Origin: an uncultured Spirochaetota bacterium
Lineage (GTDB): Bacteria > Spirochaetota > Spirochaetia > SZUA-6 > Fen-1364
Direction: 5' to 3'
NCBI GenBank assembly: GCA_963745235.1
Contig: CAVUXE010000053.1
Location: 128,001 to 192,000, forward strand
DNA: 64,000 nt
Below, piece by piece: positions 52,088 through 61,965 of this stretch. Position 1 is the first letter of the stretch; each line of letters starts with the position of its first letter. Under the pieces are notes generated by a model, which searched no databases, was not told the DNA's origin, and saw nothing but the letters and a program-made list of their open reading frames with translations. The translations under genes were made by a program, and so were the position numbers.

Positions 52088-52975
52088 ATGGGGAAAGAAC
52101 AAGAGTTGTTCCGAGACCAGGAAAGGCTCCTCGCTGAGCTCGCGGGAATACGCGATAGGTACAGACTTGACGTGAAACAATTCATCGAGTTCGTGAAGAG
52201 CAGGAAATTCTTTATCGTGGACGGGCTCGAACAGTATGCGAAATGGCTGGATGACGGGGGCAACGGCAGAAGGTACTCTCCTGCGACTATTAATAGAAAG
52301 ATTGCAGCCGCGAAAAACCGAATCCGCTATGCATTTCGTCACAGCGAGTATGCCGCAGACTTGCAAAAAAGATATCAGCTGGAGGATGTGCTGAAATCAG
52401 TGCGACTGAAGAAGATTGATTCCTTTCCGGTTCCACAAGAAAAGCTGCTGAATATGGACGAAGCCCGACTGCTCGTCGAGCGAACGAAAGACGGCACCAT
52501 CAGATTGATGGCCATGTTTCTTGTCGGCACGGGAGTCAGAGTTTCGGAAATGCTGGGAATACGACTTTCAGATATCAAAGATGGGAAAGGCGCGTTCGCT
52601 GAGGTGAGAGTGGTCGGAAAGGGCGCGAGGGAGAGGAAGATCCACGTCAAGAAGGAGCTTATCGGGCACATCAAGAAGCGCTTTCACAGCACGACCCTGC
52701 TTTTCGAGCATCAGGGCAAACCCTTTAGTCGGATATCCGTCACCAATCGCATCAAGCACGAAGCTCTTCGGACGATCGGACGCGAGGTGACCGCGCAGCA
52801 GCTCAGGCACACCTGGGCGGCAATCCAAATTCAGCGGGGGAAAGAGATCCAGGCCGTTGCGGCTGTGCTGGGACATGCGGATCCGGGTGTCACCGCGCGT
52901 ATGTATGCCCGTACCGTGCTTGAGCCGAAGGAGGCCTTCCTGGATCTTTTCGAGAAAAATCGCGCAAAGCCTTGA
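52088..52975 (+). CDS. Tyrosine recombinase/integrase (XerC/D size)
   Basis: SPATINRKIAA, TGVRVSE (Arg), GKGARER (Lys), QQLRH, LGH and TARMY (Tyr). Confidence 0.92.
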   Translation: MGKEQELFRDQERLLAELAGIRDRYRLDVKQFIEFVKSRKFFIVDGLEQYAKWLDDGGNGRRYSPATINRKIAAAKNRIRYAFRHSEYAADLQKRYQLEDVLKSVRLKKIDSFPVPQEKLLNMDEARLLVERTKDGTIRLMAMFLVGTGVRVSEMLGIRLSDIKDGKGAFAEVRVVGKGARERKIHVKKELIGHIKKRFHSTTLLFEHQGKPFSRISVTNRIKHEALRTIGREVTAQQLRHTWAAIQIQRGKEIQAVAAVLGHADPGVTARMYARTVLEPKEAFLDLFEKNRAKP

Positions 52976-53080
52976 TCGGGAAAGGAGTTTATTGTTCGCG
53001 GGAGTTGAAAACGGTGACGGCACCCGCCGTCGCCAATGGTCCGTGTCTAGCGCCCATGAAACGGGCAAAAAGGGGATCTC

Positions 53081-53959
53081 ATGTACTACTGGATTTTTAC
53101 TGCGATTGCGATTGTTCTCATTATCTTTCTTTCCGGAGTGAGGGTGGTACGGCCGACAAGCAGGGGGCTCGTGGAACGGCTGGGGAAATACCGTCGCTTT
53201 GCCAACCCGGGGTTCAACTGGATAGCCCCCGTTATCGATCGACTCTTCAAAATCAACATCACTGAGGTCATGGTGAATGCGCAGCCGCAGGAGATCATTA
53301 CCAGCGACAAATTGAACGCCAGCGTTGACGCGCAGGTTTATTTCAAGGTGAAAAGCGACGAAGAAAACGTAAAGAACTCTCAATACGCGGTCAACGACTA
53401 CAAGTACCAGATTGTCAATCTTGCAAGAACCACTTTGCGAAACATCATAGGCACAATGACCCTCAAGTCTGCCAACAGCGAGCGGGGGTCGATCAACAGC
53501 GAGCTCCAGAAGACCCTGCGCAGTGAAACGGGGCACTGGGGAATCGACATCGTGAGGACAGAACTGAAAGAGATCGATCCGCCTGAAGACGTCCAGGCAA
53601 CGATGAACAAGGTCGTGAAGGCGGAAAACGAAAAGGTAGCTGCAATCGATTTTGCCACGGCCACGGAGACCATGGCGGACGGCGCGCGGCGCGCTGAGAT
53701 AAAAAAAGCCGAAGGCATTCGGCAGGCGAAAATTCTCGAAGCTGAAGGTGAGGCGCAAGCCATAAAGCTGGTCAACGAGGCCGCTGACAAGTACTTCGTT
53801 GGGAACGCTCAACTGTTGAGACGACTCATAGCTGTGGAGGCGGCACTGTCCAGCAATGCCAAGATCGTGGTTCCGTCGAATACGGAGCTGGTGAACGTCA
53901 TCGGAGAAATGGCGGGAATCCTGCCCTGGAGCAAGGCTCCAGCTCCGGTCAAGCCGTAG
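53081..53959 (+). CDS. SPFH/band-7 (stomatin/QmcA-like) membrane protein
   Basis: N-terminal TM; GLVERLGKY, QEIITSD, ARTTLRNIIG, WGIDIVRTE and AEG repeats. Confidence 0.92.
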   Translation: MYYWIFTAIAIVLIIFLSGVRVVRPTSRGLVERLGKYRRFANPGFNWIAPVIDRLFKINITEVMVNAQPQEIITSDKLNASVDAQVYFKVKSDEENVKNSQYAVNDYKYQIVNLARTTLRNIIGTMTLKSANSERGSINSELQKTLRSETGHWGIDIVRTELKEIDPPEDVQATMNKVVKAENEKVAAIDFATATETMADGARRAEIKKAEGIRQAKILEAEGEAQAIKLVNEAADKYFVGNAQLLRRLIAVEAALSSNAKIVVPSNTELVNVIGEMAGILPWSKAPAPVKP

Positions 53960-54034
53960 GGAGTCGCGCTTCTGGTCGATTGTCCGGTTCAGACTCAGAA
54001 TGCCGCCGAAAAGAAGCCGGCAAGGAGTAGCAGC

Positions 54035-54694
54035 ATGAAAAGATTGATGATGTGCGCGGGGATCTTTCTTATCGCGTCCATTGTATTCGCAGAGAGCGCG
54101 CCTGGTGGACCTCTTATCGGGCTGGCCAAGGCCGGAAGCCCGGAGCAAATCATGAAGGCCGTCAAAGAGGGAGCGGACGTCGCGGAAAGGGACGCAACCG
54201 GCGCAACTCCTCTGATGTCTGCCGCGCGGGAAAATCCGAATCCCGAGGTGATAAAAGTCCTTATCGCGGCGGGCGCAAAAATCGAGGACAGGGACGCCCT
54301 GGGATTCACGCCGTTGATGTGGGCCTCGGCAAGCAACCCGAACCAACAAATGGTGAAGACTTTGCTTGCGGCAGGCGCGAATGTCTCGGCCAAGAGCAGA
54401 GACGGCCAAACATCGCTGATCCTGAGCGCAAATAGCAACTCGAACGCTGAGGTTCTGCGGCTGTTGCTGGCCGCCGGAGCGAGCGCGAATGATGCGGACA
54501 GCTCCGGTATGACGGCGCTGATGTGGGCAGCGAAGGAGAACCCAAATCCCAAGATTGTCACCCTTCTGCTGGGCGCCGGGGCCAGTGGGAAGACGGTGAA
54601 TTTCAACGGGAAAACCGCCTTCGATTATGCGGGCGACAATGGAAAGTTGAAGGGGACTTCGGCGTACTGGGCTCTGAACAACGCGGGCTACTGA
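54035..54694 (+). CDS. Secreted ankyrin-repeat protein
   Basis: Signal peptide; about five GxTPLMxA...LLxAGA repeats. Confidence 0.92.
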   Translation: MKRLMMCAGIFLIASIVFAESAPGGPLIGLAKAGSPEQIMKAVKEGADVAERDATGATPLMSAARENPNPEVIKVLIAAGAKIEDRDALGFTPLMWASASNPNQQMVKTLLAAGANVSAKSRDGQTSLILSANSNSNAEVLRLLLAAGASANDADSSGMTALMWAAKENPNPKIVTLLLGAGASGKTVNFNGKTAFDYAGDNGKLKGTSAYWALNNAGY

Positions 54695-54960
54695 TGATCT
54701 CCATCGAAAGCCCGGAGACTGGACGGCACTGTGAACGAACAGCCGCTGCCCAGCCGGCGCGAACGCATTCACCATGTATGGGTCCTCACGTGTTCATTTG
54801 GGACGAGTTGGCGGCAGCCGAGAAGAAACCGCCAGAAGGACTGAGCTGTAATTGCGGAATGTTCGAGGTGCACTACTCGATCTGTGATTGCGGGTGTAGC
54901 AGGGAGTCAATGTCCATTTGTTTCAAGCACGGGCGAAGTGGGGGGCCCAATGGAAAGTGA
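54694..54960 (+). CDS. Small Cys/His-rich hypothetical protein
   Basis: TGATG coupling to the ankyrin gene; CNCG...CDCGC motifs. Confidence 0.45.
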   Translation: MISIESPETGRHCERTAAAQPARTHSPCMGPHVFIWDELAAAEKKPPEGLSCNCGMFEVHYSICDCGCSRESMSICFKHGRSGGPNGK

Positions 54961-55071
54961 TCTTCGTCGATCCGGCCCCATGGAAAAGTGGCACATACGG
55001 AATCTCATCGCGTGGAATGCAACTACCGTGGAAAACCTTTCTGCGGTCTCTGGGAATCGAGGAGGCCTCGC

Positions 55072-55425
55072 ATGACAGATCTCAGCTACAACGAGACGGA
55101 CTTTTGGCTCCACACGGTGCAACTCGCAAGGCGCGGACTCTTTCCTGTTGGTTCCATGAAAGCCATCGGTGGTCCGCACACACACGGTGGAAAGCCATGG
55201 AGATATGTCGAATGCGCTTTCCATGAGGATCGAGGGCGCCACCTTGTCAGGTTCGCCGGTGCAGACACATGGAACGGCGTGCATTTCGAGATTGACGACA
55301 ATCCGGAGCTGCGTTTTCCAGTCTTGAATCAAGAGGACACGACGGCCCGGGCCAGGCGCTGGCTAAGGTACGCCGTGAGAAGGACAGGCGACCGCTTCAA
55401 AGACCTCTTGATGCGGCAAGGTTAG
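55072..55425 (+). CDS. Hypothetical protein (117 aa)
   Basis: SD GAGGAGG before ATG. Confidence 0.6.
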   Translation: MTDLSYNETDFWLHTVQLARRGLFPVGSMKAIGGPHTHGGKPWRYVECAFHEDRGRHLVRFAGADTWNGVHFEIDDNPELRFPVLNQEDTTARARRWLRYAVRRTGDRFKDLLMRQG

Positions 55426-55443
55426 GAGGAGCGAGGGACGGAC

Positions 55444-55734
55444 ATGGGCGTCGAATACAAGGAGCATAATGGGGTCGTCGAGGTCCCGCTCTGGGACTTC
55501 TTGAGACTGGCGGCTGTCCTGAAGGTATGGGTACACGATTATAGCTCTTATCCGGAGGAGCACACTCAAGAAAGCGTTTCTTCGACCGCCGAAGAGGAAA
55601 TGAAACTTGTTCTCGATCGGGTAGAGGCATGGGCTACGAAACATGCAGCGAAGGATCCAGGAATGCTGAAACTCTGGCAGCGTGGCTGGGGGGTCTCCGA
55701 CGGCAGAACTGATGAACTGACAAAATCGACTTGA
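55444..55734 (+). CDS. Hypothetical protein (96 aa)
   Basis: AGGAGG and GAGGG upstream; helical composition. Confidence 0.6.
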   Translation: MGVEYKEHNGVVEVPLWDFLRLAAVLKVWVHDYSSYPEEHTQESVSSTAEEEMKLVLDRVEAWATKHAAKDPGMLKLWQRGWGVSDGRTDELTKST

Positions 55735-55990
55735 ATTGCAGACGACGGTCTGCGCCATCTGCGTCAGCAAGGCGAGGGCGTAGCGAGCAACAGGGCTGCA
55801 GAGCTCCGCCGCGGTTGAACTCCCGTTTCAGCGCATGCCAGGGCTTCGCTGCCGGCGGGCAGCTTTCAATTGGCGGAAGGCGCTCTCGCGACCCTACGCA
55901 TCCATTGAGATGGTCCTTCGAAGTCTCGCAAGCGTGCAAGAAGAGCATCACCATTCCGTTGGATCTACTGCATCAAGGCTGAATGGAGAT

Positions 55991-56101
55991 ATGACCCGTT
56001 TGATCAGAACCCTCCTGAAAGCTGGTGCAGACGTCAACGCGCAGAGCAAGGAGGGTCATACCGCACTGATGGTTGGCGCCTGGCACAACCCATTCTCCTG
56101 A
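55991..56101 (+). pseudogene. Single ankyrin-repeat fragment
   Basis: LIRTLLKAGADVNAQSKEGHTALMVGA followed by a stop. Confidence 0.6.
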
Positions 56102-56149
56102 TAACCCGAGCCCGGATGGAATCATCAATAAGGTGGTCAAGGGCGTCAC

Positions 56150-56239
56150 AATCTACCCTTGGGGTTGATGCCAGTCGTCCCACTCTGCCCAGGGGCCGTG
56201 GAGAGCGCATTGAAACCGACGCCAGGGAAGGGGTAGATT
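56150..56239. repeat. ~90-bp imperfect hairpin element
   Basis: AATCTACCCTT...AAGGGGTAGATT with inner GGTT/AACC, ATGC/GCAT and CCAC/GTGG pairings. Confidence 0.5.
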
Positions 56240-56335
56240 TCGCTGAACGGTTCGTGGTGGAGCTTCGCGGGACCCGGGGAGCGCGACTCGAGCGCGTGAC
56301 AAAGGGTGCAAGACTATCAAGCTGGAGCAAAGAAG

Positions 56336-57156
56336 ATGGAAAGCAAAGGGACAATTATCGGAATCGTAGGAAGCCCGAATCGGGACGGGCGGACGAACCA
56401 GCTGGTAGCTGCCGCTCTTCAAGGTGCAGCTCAAGCAGGTGCCAGTACAGAACTGATTCAAATGGCAGACAACGTAGTGTCGGCTTGCAAGGATTGCCTT
56501 CCCTGGGTCTGCGCAGCGGCAAAGAAGTGCAGCTATGAGGACCCCGCCTTCGAGCTTCTGAGCCGGAAGCTGCTTTCCTGCGGCGCCTTGATTTTCGGAA
56601 CCCCGATCTATTGGTGGGACACGAGCGGAATGGTGCGCTACTTCTTTCTGAAGACATTCCGGGTCTTCGCGCGTTCGGCGCCCCTTCAAGGGCTTCCGGC
56701 GTTCGGGATTGGTGTCGCGGGAGGCACCGGGCAATGGGCTGGTGAGCGGGCTGCGCCCCTTGTACCAGTTCTTCCAGGTCATGCAGATGAGGGCATTGGA
56801 ACCGCTCCCGGTCACCCGGTTCAACTTTGATGAAAGCATCGAGAGAGCGCGCCAGCTCGGGGGCGAGCTGGCCGGGAATGGCTGAGAAGCACACGCCCTT
56901 TGCCAGCGTCGAAGAGCGACTCCTTTGGTATGATAATCTTCCCTACTTGAATCTCAGCCGTCTTGAGGAGAGGAGGCTGCTGGCTGACCTGGCGGTGACG
57001 CGTCTCAAAAACGGCGACGGCGCGGAACTGGCTTTGAATCTCGCGGTATCGGACAGACTGGTTGCGGCACGGCGAACCGAGCAAGCGGCCGCCGGGGTTA
57101 CAAAGGTCTATGAGGCGGCTGTAAGGTCATTCGAGAAGCAGGACGGCCAGCCGTAG
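56336..57156 (+). CDS. NADPH-dependent FMN reductase / iron-sulfur flavoprotein family (two +1 indels near 56729 and 56874)
   Basis: GIVGSPNRDGRT, CKDC...C...C and GTPIYWWD motifs; reads continuously after removing two extra G. Confidence 0.85.
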
Positions 57157-57214
57157 TCAAACCACTCGGATCAGAACGGCGGCTTTCAACGCCGGTCAGG
57201 AGAACTTCAAACCC

Positions 57215-58249
57215 ATGAAGAGGACAAGATTTGGTCGAACAGGGCTGGAGGTGTCCCGGATCGCTTTTGGCGGCATTCCCATCCAGAGACTTTCACGACG
57301 TGAAGGGACCCGGCTGGTCTCTGAAGCGCTGGACGAAGGGATAAACTTCATCGACACCGCCCATGGCTACGGCCACAGCGAAGAGCTCATTGGCGAAGCG
57401 CTGTTGGGGAGAGCTCGGAAAGACGTTGTTCTCGCGTCAAAGTCGCCGTCCGTCGACAAGGCTGGTTTTCTCTCTGATCTCGAGGAGAGTCTCAGGCGAC
57501 TCAAGACAGACTACATCGACATATTCCAGCATCATAACATCAGCTCGAAGGACAGGATGGACAGGGCGCTGGGACCCGGCGGCGCGTTCGAAGGGATGAG
57601 GGAGGCGGTTCAGCAGGGCAAGGTCCGGTTCCCCGGCTTCAGCTCGCACATTCTCGCAGTCGCCGGTGCAATGATCAGGACGGGCCATTTCGACGTCATT
57701 CAGATTCCGCTCAATTTTGTCGACTGCCAGGCGATGGATGAGGTCATCCCCCTGGCAAGGGAGCGGCAGATGGGGATTATTGCCATGAAGCCCCTCGGCG
57801 GCGGCTTGCTTGGTGACGCCCGGCTGTGCTTCCGCTATCTTTCCCAGTTCCGCGACATCGTTCCCGATCCCGGCATCGAGCGGATAGAAGAGCTTCGCCA
57901 GATTCTGGGCGTCATGGAAGTCGAGGGACAACTCATGGAGGAAGAAAGCAGAGCGATCGAGGAATGCAGACGTTCCCAGGGGAAGACGTGGTGTCATCGC
58001 TGCGACTACTGCCAGCCTTGCCCCGAAGGCATACCTATCAGCATGGTGCTCGCCGCAAAAAGCTTCGCGCGCCGGATGCCATTTGAAGCCGCTGTCTCAT
58101 TCGTTGGCGAGCCGTTCAAGAAGGCAGAGAGCTGCACCGAATGCCGGACATGCGTCGAGCGCTGTCCGTACGGGTTGGAGATCCCTTTGCTCTTGAAGAA
58201 CCAGCGGGAGTACTGGGGCCGTTTCTTGCGCGATCGGATATGGACTTAG
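57215..58249 (+). CDS. Aldo/keto reductase with C-terminal 4Fe-4S domain
   Basis: FGGIPIQR, FIDTAHGYGHSEE, AMKPLGGG, CHRCDYCQPCP and CTECRTCVERCPY motifs. Confidence 0.93.
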   Translation: MKRTRFGRTGLEVSRIAFGGIPIQRLSRREGTRLVSEALDEGINFIDTAHGYGHSEELIGEALLGRARKDVVLASKSPSVDKAGFLSDLEESLRRLKTDYIDIFQHHNISSKDRMDRALGPGGAFEGMREAVQQGKVRFPGFSSHILAVAGAMIRTGHFDVIQIPLNFVDCQAMDEVIPLARERQMGIIAMKPLGGGLLGDARLCFRYLSQFRDIVPDPGIERIEELRQILGVMEVEGQLMEEESRAIEECRRSQGKTWCHRCDYCQPCPEGIPISMVLAAKSFARRMPFEAAVSFVGEPFKKAESCTECRTCVERCPYGLEIPLLLKNQREYWGRFLRDRIWT

Positions 58250-58298
58250 TGCAGGTGTCCCGCGCGGGGCACATCCCGCAGAGGCACGTCCCGCGCAA

Positions 58299-59156
58299 TC
58301 ACGTCTCCCCATCCCCGCCAAACTGGCGGATAGTGGTGGTGAATGCCCGTTCCGCGACCTCTCGGAGCGGCATTGACAAGAGAGCCTCCCCGATGACTTC
58401 GACACCCCAGGGACCATGGTAGCCGCTTTCCCGCACACGACTGATGAACCCCGCTATATCGAAATCCCCTGCGCCGCAGAACATTCTCGGGTTTGCCGTG
58501 TCCTCTCGTATTCTGGCCCCATCCATTGCAGCATCGTTGAGCTCGACACCCATCAAGTAGCAGGAAGGGATTCGTCTCACTTCCTCGGTTGGCATGGCGC
58601 AGTCCACGACCTGCCAGATATCGAGAATGATACCCCCGTTTTTTGCCCCGGCAGCCGAGACCATTCGTAAAGAGTCATACAGGGTGTCAAGAACTGCCAC
58701 TCCCATGGGCTCGAAGGCGATTGAGGTCCCATGGTTCGCAGCCTCGGCGCAGAGCGTTGCGAAAGAATCGACAAGGCGATCAAAGTCGCATTTCTCCCTC
58801 GTGAAGTCGCCGACCTTCACGTGCTTTGCCTGCAGGACCTCTGCGGCGTTGAGCAGCATCTTCTTGCGCGCATCGGAACGCCTTCTTCTCTCCCCGTCGA
58901 GAAACCAATCGGTGAGAAACTCGAGCTCAACGTACTTCATCCCATTGTCGTCGAGAATCCGCTTCATCTCCGACAGTGTTCTGAGCTCAAGAATGTGATC
59001 CAGATCCGCATGCCATATGCCTATCCCTTTGAATCCTGCCCCTGCCGCGGCCTGCACGCGGTCCCGGAAGTCGAAACGGCTGTACTCCTGCTGACTGTTC
59101 GGGAGGGTTCCCGCGATTGTCCAATACGAGGCGATCAACTCCACCGAAGTCTCCAC
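58299..59156 (-). CDS. Sugar phosphate isomerase/epimerase (xylose isomerase-like TIM barrel)
   Basis: AAAGAGFKGIG, AFEPM, LDIWQ, VELND, GAGDFD and GYHGPWGVEV motifs. Confidence 0.85.
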   Translation of the reverse strand: METSVELIASYWTIAGTLPNSQQEYSRFDFRDRVQAAAGAGFKGIGIWHADLDHILELRTLSEMKRILDDNGMKYVELEFLTDWFLDGERRRRSDARKKMLLNAAEVLQAKHVKVGDFTREKCDFDRLVDSFATLCAEAANHGTSIAFEPMGVAVLDTLYDSLRMVSAAGAKNGGIILDIWQVVDCAMPTEEVRRIPSCYLMGVELNDAAMDGARIREDTANPRMFCGAGDFDIAGFISRVRESGYHGPWGVEVIGEALLSMPLREVAERAFTTTIRQFGGDGET

Positions 59157-59159
59157 GCG

Positions 59160-59300
59160 ACACAGTATAGGCGCTGGCTGCGGCACGCGGAAGGGCACAT
59201 ATTTGTAGTATTGCATTGTTCAAAAGAACATTTATGTTTGAAAACAAGCAAATTATCCAAGTGGAGATATCCTTAACTTATTCTCTCGGAATGAGTTAGC
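59160..59300. promoter_or_regulatory. AT-rich divergent regulatory region with palindromes
   Basis: TGTTC-AAAA-GAACA, TGTTT-GA-AAACA and TAACTTATTC-N5-GAATGAGTTA. Confidence 0.5.
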
Positions 59301-59319
59301 GTCCTTCATTCTCCTTGGC

Positions 59320-60887
59320 ATGAGTATTGCTCAAGTCACATGCATGGTCGGCCAACCCCCTGCCGGGACAATCCTCCTGGAAACCAGGGGCCTTTCCAAG
59401 TACTTCGGAAGCCTCAAGGCAAATGACGGCATCGGCCTGGTGGTCCGAGCCGGCGAGATACACGCGATCCTGGGGGAGAACGGCGCAGGGAAGAGCACGC
59501 TGATGAAGCTCCTCTACGGCTACTACCAGCCGACCGACGGAGAAATCCTGGTCGGAGGCGCGCCGGTGGCCGTCCATTCCCCCCGGCGGGGCCGGGCGCT
59601 GGGCATAGGCATGGTCTTCCAGAACTTTACCTTGATACCTGCCTTTCGGGTCTGGGAAAACGTGGCACTCTTTCTCGAGAGCCTGGGGGACCGACCGGAG
59701 GAATCTCGTCGACCGGATCGCCAGTCTGTCGCAACTCTACGGGTTGGACGTCGACCCCCTGGCTTTTGTCCGGGACCTCCCCATGGGGGATCGGCAAAAG
59801 GTCGAGATCGTGAAGATCCTGGCGGCCGGGGCCCGGATCCTTATTTTCGACGAACCCACGAGCGTCCTGGCGCCCCACGAGACTGAGAACCTGTTTCGGG
59901 TGTTCGACCGTCTGCGGACCGAGGGCTACGCCGTGCTCTTCATCACGCACAAGATGCCCGAGGTCCTTCGGTCCGCGGACCGAATCACGGTCCTCACGGA
60001 AGGGCCGGATCTCGGCCACCCTTCCACGGGCGGACGCCGACCGGAACCTGCTGGTCAAGCTCCTCGTTGGGGACCAGAGCCCGGATTGGTCCGATGCCGG
60101 CCCCCGGCGTCGCAGCTCCGTCCGTGCCGGCGCCCCTGCGCTCGAGTTCGTCAATGTCTCATGCCGGACCGATGACGGCAGGCCGGGTCTCCAGAGGGTC
60201 TCGCTTTCGATCCAGCCCGGGGAGATCCTCGGGGTAGCGGCCGTCTCGGGGAACGGACAGGAGTACCTGGGCGACCTTGTTCTGGGTCTCCGGCCCGCCG
60301 CCGAGGGTTCGATTCTCCTCGGCGGGAAGGACCTGGCCTCCGCGCGCCCCGCGGAGGTCTTGCGCCGGGGCGTTGCCTGCCTTCCAGAGGATCCCCTCCG
60401 GATGGGCGCCGTCAGCGGGATGACAGTCAGAGAGAACCTCATCCTCGGGCACCAGGTTTCCTATTGGAAGGCCGGGGGCTGGAGCCCCGACACGAAGAAG
60501 CTGGAGACGGACGCGGAATCCACGCTCATGACGGCCTTCGTCCAGTCGCCGCCCTCCCTGGACGCCAGGGCAGGGAACCTCTCTGGAGGAAACCTGCAGC
60601 GGATGGTGATTGCCCGAGAGCTCGGGCGCGATCCCGGCCTTATGGTCTCCTACTACCTGACCCGGGGCCTCGACCTCTCCAACGCCCAGGCGGCCCGGGA
60701 CCTCGTCCTCTCCCACGCAGAGAGAAGCATGGCGGTGCTCTTCGTTTCTGAGGACTTAGACGAGCTCTTCGCGCTGAGCGACCGCTTGCTGGTCCTCCAC
60801 GCGGGCCGCGTCGCCGGGACCTTCGAGCCGGCCCTGACCACCCCTCAGGCGGTAGGCCTGCTGATGACCGGGGCCGCCCATGCCTGA
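59320..60887 (+). CDS. Nucleoside/sugar ABC transporter ATP-binding protein (indels near 59690 and 59996; start uncertain)
   Basis: GENGAGKSTLM, FDEPTSVL, FITHK, VSGNGQE, LSGGNLQR and SEDLDEL motifs across three frames. Confidence 0.9.
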
Positions 60888-61965
60888 AGCCCAGAACCGC
60901 TGGTTCATGGGCTGGGGGGCTTCCATCGTCTCCCTGGTGCTGTCTCTCGCCTCAGCTCTTGTGCTCTTCAGCGTCCTGCTTCTCACCAGCGGCAAGAACC
61001 CTCTGGACACGTACGCGAGCATCTTCGGCTCGACCTTGGGCAACGGTTTCGGCTTTTCGGAAATCTTCGTCAAGATGATTCCCCTCCTGTTCACGGCCCT
61101 CGCTGTCGCACTCCCCGCGAGGCTCGGTCTGGTGAACGTCGGGGGTGAAGGCCAGCTCCAACTGGGCGCACTCGCGGCGGCCGCGGCTGCCCTCGCCGTC
61201 GGCGCCGGCACGCCCTTCTGGGCCGGGATCCCCGTGACCCTGGTCGCCGGGATGATCGGCGGCGCCCTCTGGGCCCTGGTCCCGGCCCTGCTGCGCGCGA
61301 AGGGCTGGCTCAATGAAACGATCAGCACTCTCCTCCTGAACTACGTCGCCATCCGGGTGGTGGACTACTTCGTCTTCGGACCGCTTCGTGACCCGTCCAG
61401 CTCGAATGTGCCTCAGACCACGAAGTTCGCAGACGGGTTCCTGTGGCCGGCCTTCGCGGGCCGGATACACATCGGGATTGTCTTCGCCCTGGCGGCCCTC
61501 CTGCTCTTCGCCGTCGTGATCAACCGCACCCGCTGGGGCTACGAGATCCGCGCCGCGGGGAGCAACCCCCTGGCGGCCTTGCGGCACGGCCTCCCGGTGA
61601 CCGCGTACATTCTCATAGTACTCTGCGCGGGCGGCGCCCTGGCTGGCCTGGCGGGAACAGGGGAGATCATGGCCATCCAGGGCCGCCTCCGGCCGGGGTT
61701 CTCCCCGTCATACGGCTACCTTGGCTTCCTCATCGCCTGGCTGGCTGGACACAAGCCCCTGCGAATCCTTTTCATGGGGTTTCTCGTGGCCCTCATTGCT
61801 ACCGGCGGGGACAGCCTCCAGATTGACCAGGGACTTCCCTCTTCCACGGTAGACATCCTGATGGCCCTCTGCCTGTTCATGGTCCTGGCGGATGCCTGGC
61901 GCCCCGACCGGCTGGAGGTGCGGGTCCGATCCTGGCTGCACCGGAAAAACGGAGCAGTTTCGTGA
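60880..61965 (+). CDS. Nucleoside-type ABC transporter permease
   Basis: NVGGEGQ, NETISTLLLNY and GYEIRAAGSNP motifs. Confidence 0.9.
   Translation: MPEAQNRWFMGWGASIVSLVLSLASALVLFSVLLLTSGKNPLDTYASIFGSTLGNGFGFSEIFVKMIPLLFTALAVALPARLGLVNVGGEGQLQLGALAAAAAALAVGAGTPFWAGIPVTLVAGMIGGALWALVPALLRAKGWLNETISTLLLNYVAIRVVDYFVFGPLRDPSSSNVPQTTKFADGFLWPAFAGRIHIGIVFALAALLLFAVVINRTRWGYEIRAAGSNPLAALRHGLPVTAYILIVLCAGGALAGLAGTGEIMAIQGRLRPGFSPSYGYLGFLIAWLAGHKPLRILFMGFLVALIATGGDSLQIDQGLPSSTVDILMALCLFMVLADAWRPDRLEVRVRSWLHRKNGAVS

Noticed and set aside
52568-54775. 735-aa minus-strand ORF and similar long shadows (14673-16388, 35738-37621, 41837-43333, 34136-35824)
   Set aside because: Antisense or off-frame shadows of well-supported genes, common in GC-rich DNA, with no independent motifs (apart from the nagB-like N-terminus inside 34136-35824)
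52088-56240. Integron with cassette array
   Set aside because: The recombinase lacks the IntI-specific insertion, is co-oriented with the downstream ORFs, and no repeated attC sites were found
59160-59320. Purine riboswitch upstream of the nucleoside ABC operon
   Set aside because: Conserved purine-riboswitch core sequences are not present; only DNA-level palindromes are seen
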